Shown piece by piece: positions 55,562 to 64,000 of a stretch of 64,000 nucleotides of DNA. Under the pieces are notes generated by a model. That model was given only the letters and a program-made list of their open reading frames with translations. It did no database searches and was not told the origin of the DNA. The position numbers and the translations under genes were made by a program. Source of the DNA: a virus. Location of the stretch: positions 1 to 64,000 of the IMG/VR virus record IMGVR_UViG_3300017925_000001; one strand, written 5' to 3'. The stretch's first letter is position 1. Every line of letters begins with the position of its first letter.

Positions 55562-58500
55562 ATCGGACATAACCTTAAACAACTGGGTAAGTAAGTTGCC
55601 CCCTCAGTCAGTAATGATTGAGCGCAGAACCAAGAGAATTCGGTGAAACGCCCTCTGGGCCAATACCGAGCCGAGCCGCTAATGCGGAAGGTGTAACGAC
55701 TATCCCGCAAGGGAGTAGGGAACAGTGTTCCCGAAGTACTTGGGGTCCTGAAAAGGATCATGATATAGTCTGGTCTTACTGGCAACAGTAAGAGTTCGAA
55801 TGGAAACGATTCGAGCGTAACATATAAACGACAGCTTCTTTGGATTGTTTTGGCGGTCTTATTACCATGGCTCAAGCCCGTGATTTGCCCGAAGGTGCGA
55901 GTCCGAGATGTTTCGACGTTGACTTTACAGTCGGTAGCGTAGCCACTCGTCCCGGCTTAGTATCCGTGTATACCTACGCAAATACTTGGGCCATCACCTC
56001 GTACTCCCTTGGTAGTGGTGGTCTTGCAACATTTAACTACACCGGTATCCCCGAGATCACCGAGAACGAAGGATTGATCCTCAGCGGATTCCAAGGACCT
56101 CTCAGTGTTTTGAACGGAACCACGATATATGCCGAAGCTGTAACCATGAACACTTTCATGGCACAAGTAGTTGGACCCTTGGGCACCTTTGTCAACCTAA
56201 GCGCCAGCGCAGTTTCCCTAGTGGGCTCCTTTGTAGGGCCTAACCAAGGGGTTGCCTCTAGCACTTCTTGGAGTAGTCCGCAGAACGTGTTCAGTCCCAC
56301 GGGGTACGCCTCGGCAAGCGGAGGACAGACATACAGCCCTGCGATTGTCCCTGGATCAACGTCTAGCACTTCATCTACAGCTTGGACTAACCCAAGCTAT
56401 GCTTTGTCCACAAGCCCAAGTACGTACGCTACTGTGAGTTCTCTTGGTGCAGGAGTGTCCGCACCCCTCTATGCGAGTGCTTTGGGCTTGTCTGTACCTC
56501 CCAATGCAACAATCACAGGGGTGAAGGTCGCATTCTCTGCTAGAGCTACAGAGGCCAGCGGTAATCCATACGTCATTGCTCAGCTTGTGCTGGGAGGGTC
56601 GCAAAGTTACTTGGGAAGCGCAGTAAATATTCCTATCGCAGCGAATGGCGCGAGTTTGGCTCCATACAATTATGGTTCCTCAACGTTTCAATGGGGTACC
56701 ACTCTGACGCCCGCGATTGTCAATGATCCTACTTTCGGGTTTGACCTAAGCGCTTTCACGGGAACTCTGTCGAACAACTTTCATTATTATTTGAACAGCC
56801 TCGTGGTCGCGGTTTACTACACCACATCGGCTACAACAGAGATTCTGACGGCCAACAGTTTCGGATTCTCGATCTCGTTGTCTTCTGGAGTCTCAGGGTT
56901 CAACACCACTTTCAAAGCGTATTCCAGCGCATCTACTTCGGCAGTGTTTCAACTACTTGAGAACGGAGTTCCTCAGGGCACTCCTAAGACTCTTCCTCTC
57001 ACCACTACGCCCACGGTGTATAATCTGGGCGGGCCTGAGGACCCTTGGGGCTATGTCTGGTCAGCAGCCAACGTCAACTCTCCGCAGTTTGGAATTCAGA
57101 TCACAGCCGAAGGAGTCGGCACTACGTACGTAGGGGACTTGGATGTCACCACATTTGTCACCCCGGCGCTATCGAATTTCAACTGGATTGGGAGCTATGA
57201 GCAGACGAATGCTGCGCTTACCACTCTGGCTCTTGATGCTGATGGCAACATGTGGGCTGAGAACGTTCTCAATAACCCTGGGGTACTATCGCTCTCATTG
57301 AGCGGTTTGCTTCCAGATTCGTACGCGGTTGGAGCTACGATGAATGATTCCGAGTTCATCATGTTCTCGGATCTGAATATCGGCACCGACCGTCCTCGTC
57401 AGCTCTACAACGATGGAAACTGGTATCCGGTGACCCAAGTGGGCCCTGGTAGTGCTCCGACATTCTTGGCTTCCACAGGTGGGATTACTAATACCCTGCA
57501 CATCAGCGCTTACACAGCAGTCGCAGGCACACCCACTATTCCGTCATCAACGACCTTCACAATATCACCTGTGGCAGCTGTAGCTCCGGTTGTTGGATCA
57601 CTTTATGTACTGAGCGGATTCACTGGGCCGGACGCAGTATTGAATGGTCAGGTGGTCACGGTTTTGACAGGTGCAACCACTGCTAGCTTTTCAGCAGATG
57701 TATCGGTTACTGCTCCAGGCAACACCGCTGTCGTAGCTCTTGCTACGCTCACCTTCGCATATCCCATAGAGAGCATCAAACAATTGGGGTACATTACGAG
57801 CGGTCTGAGCGGTGGGGTGCTTTGGTTCCTTCTGAGTACAGGACCTAACCAGTCTGCTCAGGGCAGTGTAGTGACAGTGTACTACGCATATGCATCGCCT
57901 TCACTAGCGCCAAATTTGAACCTTCAGAATGCTTGGAATGCGTCTGTGGCTGGAACTGGTCCTCCAGTTTACGTGCAGATCAATAATGCAGCCAATGTCA
58001 ATGGTTACAATTTTGATGGGATCTGGCAAGTCACAGGCATAGGGTACAACCATTTCTTGGGGTATACCTCACAGGGGTATTACTTCACTTTCCAGTACAC
58101 TGAGTCTGGTTTTGCCAACGGCACCAACAATGCCACGGCTTATCTGACACAAGCCACGTTGACCTTAGCTTCCCCTGGTGTCGTTGGGATCACGAATAAT
58201 ACACCCATCACTATTACAGGGGTCACAGGAAGTTCTCCAGATCAGGTAGGGTACAACAATACGTGGGTTATCACCAACGCTGTCAATACAGGTCAGTATA
58301 ACATCACTGAATCCCAGTATAATGGCGCTGGGGTTGCGACCTTCACATACAACTTCGCCTCTTTAACTAATAGTCAAGTTCCTGTTGTAGGTAATACCAT
58401 TCAGATCATAGGCGTCACCAACAATGCCGCCATGAACGGTATCTTTGCAATTTCGGCTGTGAATGCTGGCGCTTCTACATTCAGCGTGCTAGTGACTATC

Positions 58501-60858
58501 CCAGGCCTTGCAGCGCAGCCCTCAGCTATTGCTGAGAATAGTGCGCAGGCAACTATGGCTGGTACGCAGTTCATATTTGATCCTGGGGCTTTGCTGGCGG
58601 GCAGCGCATCTGGAAATGCTATATTTGGAACAGCGACCGATGGAGACGTATCATTCATTGGTGTTACGCTGGTTCCGATAGGGGCAGGTACGCGCCAAGG
58701 TGTCGTGTTCTTCATTACGAAGACTGGCTCTTGGACGCCTGCGTCTCCTCCTGTAACATTCACTATTGCAGCTGATGCAAACCAGCTCAATGTGTCGAAT
58801 ATCCCAATTGGACCTCCTGATGTCGTTGGCCGAGGCATAGCAATTACCGAGGCCGGTGCCAATGGCGTCCCAGGGGCAAACTTCTACGTGATCGAGACCG
58901 CCGTAACCACAACTGTAAACACAGTGGTGACTACGAACACGTCTACGATCATCAAGGATAACACAAGCACCACAGCTTCCTTTAGCTTTTCGGATGCTGT
59001 CCTTCTGAACTCTACAGAAGTTGACGTGCCCAGCCTAGACATTTTCAACACGATTGAAATAGGCAGCTGCGCATGGTGCGTTCCTTATTCGAGCAGAATG
59101 TTCTATGGCCTGCAGCTGAACAAGGTGCAGAACTTTAACAACCTGACGTTCGACGGGGGATATGTAGTTCCGAATCAACCTGCAGGTTGGGGCTTGAATC
59201 TCGCCACAAGCGTTCCTACAGAATTGGAGCTGATAATCAGCCCGGTTACTGGAGACGCAATCTACATCCTTAACTCAACGGGGAGCATTCAGCCACAGTT
59301 TGGCATGCTCTATCAGACGGCCTATCAGGACCCCTACAACGTTGCGATCATACAGAACAACACAGCGTATTCGGTACGCGTGGCCTGTTCCTGTCCTTCG
59401 GGCGTTGCTATAGGGAATCTCGTGATTGACCTCACGCAGTTCAATAACGGCAACTTCACGCAAGGGGCAAACGGCCTCGGCGTGTACGGCTCGTTCGTGC
59501 TACCTTTGTCTGAGATGTCACCTTCAGTACGAGTCTACACAGGGCCACTGCTTGCTGCGTCTGTGTTCACTGGGAATGTCGATCCATACCTGACGTTCCG
59601 CGTTTGGGCTCAAAACATGGGCCTAGGGGCAGACTTGCTCATCGACCGTATCGAAGTCTATCCTACGCTTTTCCCTTACCTTAAAACTGAGGTCTATGGG
59701 TCATACATAGGGCGACCAGAGATGGTGGACGCATCGGGGGACGGGGGCATTATCGACACGTCTACTGAGAATCCGCAGCCTGTCATGGGAGCGTTTGTGC
59801 TTCGTGATAGTCTATACTTGCTCAAGACGAATAGCATGTACGTGACTAAGGATAATCCAACTTCAGAGCCATCAGGCTGGTCCATAAACGAAATAGATAA
59901 TAGGGCTGGTGCATGTGGTATCAACGCATACGACACGGGTGAGGAATGGGCGATCATGGCATGCCGCAATGGCATCTATGGTTTCGATGGGGGCAAGCCT
60001 GAACTGCTCAACTTGGAAATACTTCAGGTTTGGAATTGCATCAATTGGAACGCGGGAAACTCCATATGTCTGAGGAATGATACGGAAAACCGTAGGATTC
60101 TCTGTACAGTTCCGCTGCCCACTGGGACAAGCCCTGATGGCGTTGCAACCGCAACGACTACATGGCTCCCCTACGCACCGTATAACCCTGCTCCGACTAC
60201 TCCCAATGTCATACTCGTATGTAACTATGAAGCCATAGGGTCGTTTGAAGAGTTACTAAAAGACCAAGGTGTCCATGCTACGATGTTTGGCCAGTTGGCG
60301 AACCCAGATATGCGCCGTAAGTGGACAATCTGGAACATACCAACTCCTTATTTAGGACAGGTCACTAGAGCCAACTTACTTGAGATAACATTGATGGTTT
60401 GTAACGGAATTGACTCTTCAAAGATTTATCAATTTGAAGATGAAGCCACCAGTGATGATGGGGCTCCGATACACTCACTTTATTGCGGCTACGGTTTTGT
60501 CAACGCGGCCAAAGCAGTGACCATGCCCATTTTTGGGCTCCATCAGAAGCGATACACATTATTACAGTTTAATGCTAATGGTGCTGGGCAGATGAATGTC
60601 ACGTTGTTCCCTAATGATTTGGGGGCAAGATACCCATTGACTGTCCCACTAGGATTGCCTTATGGCATCGCTCTGGTTGACCCCGCAAACGATGATTACT
60701 TTAGGCCAATCAACATCAAGGCACAACGGTGCTTCACGCAATGGGAAACCAATGCTGTTGGGGCGTGGTTTGAACTTTGTCATGTTTTGCTTTCAGGAAA
60801 ACAAGATCCATGGTCCTCACTCAATCCAACGGGTGGAGGTTCGAACGGGATAGTTTAA
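55562..60858 (+). CDS. Tail tubular B / stabilisation (P22 gp10-like) protein with a large beta-rich insertion; join(55562..55588,55831..60858)
   Basis: Exon 1 (M)GHNLKQLG joins TASLDCFGGL in frame; FGGL...P.GAS...RPG N-terminus; precedes the ejection genes. Confidence 0.7.
55589..55830 (+). mobile_element. Group I intron 3 (ORF-less)
   Basis: P1 GGGT/GCCC; core GAATTCGGTGAAAC, AATACCGAGCC, GACTAT, GATATAGTC; terminal G; close relative of intron 2. Confidence 0.9.
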
Positions 60859-60859
60859 T

Positions 60860-60939
60860 ATCTCAAGGCTTAGCGGCCTTGGGCTAGAGTTGGGAAGTGC
60901 TATGAACACTTCCCTTCTCGCCTTTTCATAGGAGGAATT
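60860..60939 (+). promoter_or_regulatory. SD-sequestering pseudoknot leader, copy H
   Basis: Hairpin 1 CTCAAGGC-TTAGCG-GCCTTGGG; stem GGGAAGTG/CACTTCCC; loop CTATGAA pairs with TTCATAG. Confidence 0.9.
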
Positions 60940-61608
60940 ATGCCAACAGGAATTTATGAAAGAAAACCAACAATACCTAGAATGTCTAACTGTCACCCTG
61001 ATAGAAAACATTTTGGAAAAGGAATGTGCAACCAGTGTTATCATAAGGCTTACCACGTACAGCATAAGCACTCGTTTGTAGATGAGTTTGGTATTTCAAT
61101 ACCAGAGGGCTTCTATACCTACCTCTGGTTCAGGGCAGATAGCACCCCATATTATGTGGGAAAAGGCAACGGAAAAAGAGCCTACGTAAATCATGGACAT
61201 TCGTTTCACAGACCTGTGAGTAGGGCAAGGATTTTTGTGCAATATTGGGAGTCTGAGGAAAAGGCGCTTGAGATTGAGGCTTGGTACATTGCTTTTTATG
61301 GGCGCATAGACAAAGGCACAGGTTGTCTCAGAAACCTAACAGATGGAGGAGAAAATCCTCCAGGCAATAAAGGTGTAAAGTTTTCAGAAGAGCACAAACG
61401 AAAAATAAGTGAAGCACAGAAAGGCCCTAAGGGACATTGGTTTGGAACAAAGAGGCCTTTTGTTTCTAGAGGTAAAGGTCGAGTACAAAACCCTGAATGG
61501 ATTGCTAAAAGGGTAGCCAGTACAAAAGCAACTCGTGAGTGTAAGAAGAAAGGAGACCCTACGGTATGCAAGGCAGAACTAGCGCGCTCGATGGCGGGCA
61601 AGAGCTAA
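60940..61608 (+). CDS. Free-standing GIY-YIG homing endonuclease
   Basis: FYTYLWFRADSTPYYVGKG; N-terminal CHPDRKH motif; FSEEHKRKIS NUMOD3. Confidence 0.9.
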   Translation: MPTGIYERKPTIPRMSNCHPDRKHFGKGMCNQCYHKAYHVQHKHSFVDEFGISIPEGFYTYLWFRADSTPYYVGKGNGKRAYVNHGHSFHRPVSRARIFVQYWESEEKALEIEAWYIAFYGRIDKGTGCLRNLTDGGENPPGNKGVKFSEEHKRKISEAQKGPKGHWFGTKRPFVSRGKGRVQNPEWIAKRVASTKATRECKKKGDPTVCKAELARSMAGKS

Positions 61609-62192
61609 CCATAATTCAGCGCCAAGACTTCAACAATGGCAACCTCCTCAATCGCATCATCCAAGCTATGAACGGGCTTGCCCATAACTTGGGAGCAGCC
61701 GCTGTGGGCAAGTTGGACCCGCCTCCTCCCGTACAATCTATTCAAGTGCAAGGCGTGCAGTCGGGCAGCACACTCATTTGTCCGAGCGAGCTGCTCCATT
61801 GGACAATAAATCACACTCAGGAGATTCAGAAGCATGTCCGCTACTTTAGCGAGATTGCGACAGAGCCAAACTTTTTGGCTCCGCATGTCATTGACCACGG
61901 CACTAGCCGTACTGGTTTTTTACACCTGCCAACATATTTGAACGACGGCGTTACGAAGCAGACGTATTACCTACGCAGCTACGCTCAGTACCCTGGCTCT
62001 GACCCACAGAAACCTACAGTACTTGGGGGATTAGCCAGCCCCTTGAAGATTCAGATGACGGGCAGCTCAGCCACAACACTTCTCAGCTCTCCTGGGTCAG
62101 GCACAGCAGCCGCAAATGGCACCCAAGGGGGCAAGGGGTTGGGCGTTGTACTCACACGCCCTGCGCCAACGACGAAGAGGTCGATAACCTAA
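61566..62192 (+). CDS. Hypothetical tail-module protein
   Basis: Start overlaps the endonuclease end; SD AAGGAG. Confidence 0.7.
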   Translation: MQGRTSALDGGQELTIIQRQDFNNGNLLNRIIQAMNGLAHNLGAAAVGKLDPPPPVQSIQVQGVQSGSTLICPSELLHWTINHTQEIQKHVRYFSEIATEPNFLAPHVIDHGTSRTGFLHLPTYLNDGVTKQTYYLRSYAQYPGSDPQKPTVLGGLASPLKIQMTGSSATTLLSSPGSGTAAANGTQGGKGLGVVLTRPAPTTKRSIT

Positions 62193-62620
62193 TGTCAGAA
62201 GAAATTTTGGTCAGGTCATACGCCCCTTCGGACTTGGCGGCGATAAAGCGAATACATGAGCAGAACAAGCTAGACTTTCAGTTTCCCAACTTGGACTCAA
62301 CGCTGTTTCCCGCGCACAAGGTTCTGCTCATGAACGGGGAAGTCAAGGCCTCCTATGCATTGCGTCTGGTAACCGAGGCCAACCTCTGGCTGTCCCGAGA
62401 TGAGTGGACAGACGCCGAGGGCAAATGGGCAGCAATCAGGTTGCTCGACAAAGAGACCACCGAGGCAGCAGCAGATGTCGGTCTGGACGCAGTGCAGTGT
62501 TTCCTGCCTCCAGGCTACGAGAGATTCGGAAAACGAATTTGTGGTAAAGATGGCTTAGGTTTTTCTCCAGACCGCCCCGGGTGGTTGGGATACAGCAAGT
62601 TCATAGGAGTGAAGAAATGA
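62192..62620 (+). CDS. GNAT-fold-like protein (T7 gp13-type position)
   Basis: VRSYAPSDLAAIKRI N-terminus; LGF near the C-terminus. Confidence 0.55.
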   Translation: MSEEILVRSYAPSDLAAIKRIHEQNKLDFQFPNLDSTLFPAHKVLLMNGEVKASYALRLVTEANLWLSRDEWTDAEGKWAAIRLLDKETTEAAADVGLDAVQCFLPPGYERFGKRICGKDGLGFSPDRPGWLGYSKFIGVKK

Positions 62621-63291
62621 AAGTTTATACACGTTTAGAATATCAAATGTTGCCCAATGGTGGGCTGGAGTTGATCTCCGAAGATTCGTACTCCTATGAA
62701 GGCCCTGTAGCACAGTGTTTGAGACAAGCAGCTGCACAGGCAGGACAAGCAGCTAACACTGCGGCGGCAACGGGTGCCCAGCTGGGCGGTGAGGCCCAAG
62801 GTGAGCTAGGCGTTCTGAATCCATTCGCCACTCGTGAAATGCAGGCTGAGCATGCTTTTGATCCGAGTCAGCTCAATGAATTGCTCACAGCAGCCGGAGC
62901 AGGGGCTGGGGGAGTGACAGGGGCAGCACAGGCTGCTATGCAGCGCCAAGCGGCTTCTACAGGCAATGCGGCGGGTGCGACCAAAGGCTTGCAGGAGTTG
63001 GCGCGTGACCGTATGAAAGCGCAAGCTGGGGCATCCGAAGGTATCGCAGGTGAAGACGTACTGGGTGCGCAGAAATTGCGTCAAGAAGGCGCTGGATTAG
63101 AGTCAGGTCTTTATGGAGAAAACTTAAAAGGCATGCTTTCCGCGATGGGGCAGGTTGCTCCAGATGTACAAGCTGAGACTGCAGCATCTAAAACTGGATG
63201 GCTGCAGAATGCTGAAGGTGCCTTAGGTAGTTTAGCAAGTACTGCTGCACCTTATCTAAAAATGTATGGACCCGGTGGAACGAACACCTAG
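62617..63291 (+). CDS. Probable internal virion / DNA ejection protein
   Basis: A/G/Q-rich helical protein; YEGPVAQC leader motif. Confidence 0.65.
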   Translation: MKVYTRLEYQMLPNGGLELISEDSYSYEGPVAQCLRQAAAQAGQAANTAAATGAQLGGEAQGELGVLNPFATREMQAEHAFDPSQLNELLTAAGAGAGGVTGAAQAAMQRQAASTGNAAGATKGLQELARDRMKAQAGASEGIAGEDVLGAQKLRQEGAGLESGLYGENLKGMLSAMGQVAPDVQAETAASKTGWLQNAEGALGSLASTAAPYLKMYGPGGTNT

Positions 63292-63300
63292 GAGCATAAA

Positions 63301-64000
63301 ATGCCAGATGAAACGATGATGGGACGCGTAGCTGAGCGAGCACGTCAGCTTTATTCTCAAGGCAAAGCCCTGGTTGCCCCTATGACAAGCGAGCAGCAAG
63401 GTTTGAAAGAGAAGCAGCATCAGATTGATGAAGCTACGCAGACACCTGCCGAAACTCCTAAGATGAACTACACGCCTGCCCCGTCTGACTATGTACACCC
63501 AGGTATGAAGTATGGGGACAAGCCGGGGGAGCAGCGCTTGCCTGTATATGATGATGGTGGAGATGTGCCAGAGGATCAAGTTGCAAAGCTAGGGCAGGGG
63601 GAACGTGTACTCAATCCACAGGAAGCTGCAGCGTATCGTCAGGCTGAGCAGGAATATAATGTGGCCCCTGGGGAAATGAAACAAGAAGGTATGATGGTAG
63701 ATGTAGGTGGAGCTAAAGCTATTCCTAATCCTAAGGGGATAAAGCCCATGATGGATACAGAGCCGCCTGAACAACATGTTGCTCCTTTGCAGGGCGCTAC
63801 TATGCACATGGAGAATGCTCCTATAGGCAAATCTGTGATGAACACTGAAAAAGCACCTTTACAAGGGGCAGACACAGTAACCCCGCGTCAAGAGACTCCG
63901 ATGCAGGAGATTTCTACCATGGGCACGCCCAGGATGCGCATAGAAACTCCCATGTCCTCGGGCACTACGGATCATCCAGAAGCTCCTCAGCAAGGTGAGG
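63301..64000 (+). CDS. Probable internal virion / ejection protein (runs off the window)
   Basis: SD AGGAG; open to the window end; YDDGGDV...AKL..GERVL motif. Confidence 0.7.
   Translation, partial: MPDETMMGRVAERARQLYSQGKALVAPMTSEQQGLKEKQHQIDEATQTPAETPKMNYTPAPSDYVHPGMKYGDKPGEQRLPVYDDGGDVPEDQVAKLGQGERVLNPQEAAAYRQAEQEYNVAPGEMKQEGMMVDVGGAKAIPNPKGIKPMMDTEPPEQHVAPLQGATMHMENAPIGKSVMNTEKAPLQGADTVTPRQETPMQEISTMGTPRMRIETPMSSGTTDHPEAPQQGE

Noticed and set aside
1-64000. Stop-codon reassignment
   Set aside because: Genes are full-length in the standard code, TAG, TGA and TAA all end genes, and there is no suppressor tRNA.

Overview
This window is a 64-kb segment of a large tailed dsDNA phage genome with a podovirus-like (P22/T7-style) virion module, read in the standard genetic code. 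Left part: short leftward early genes, a ~1.1-kb non-coding stretch, and a leftward replication operon (family A DNA polymerase, class II ribonucleotide reductase, MazG-like protein, RNase H). A divergent sigma70-type promoter pair at ~13.1 kb is followed by three tRNAs with structured spacer RNAs. The long rightward late region holds terminase subunits, portal, scaffold, a major capsid gene with two group I introns, a GroES-like chaperonin, tail/fibre genes, a Sec-signal RHS protein, a glycosylation cluster with a collagen-like fibre, an intron-split tail tubular gene and ejection proteins. Nine homing-endonuclease-like genes are present (GIY-YIG, EndoVII, HNH, LAGLIDADG). The main signal not explained by gene calls is an ~80-nt leader found 8 times. 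Its second stem-loop has a variable loop that pairs, with compensatory changes, to the bases running into the Shine-Dalgarno sequence, forming an H-type pseudoknot. Six copies precede endonucleases of three unrelated families, and most copies start a few nt after the stop codon of a structural gene. Other notable items are an ORF-less intron that gives two equal-length capsid C-termini, a probable ATC start on a 9-codon exon, and a GACTCA box between SD and start codon. All protein calls come from motif recognition only; no searches were run.
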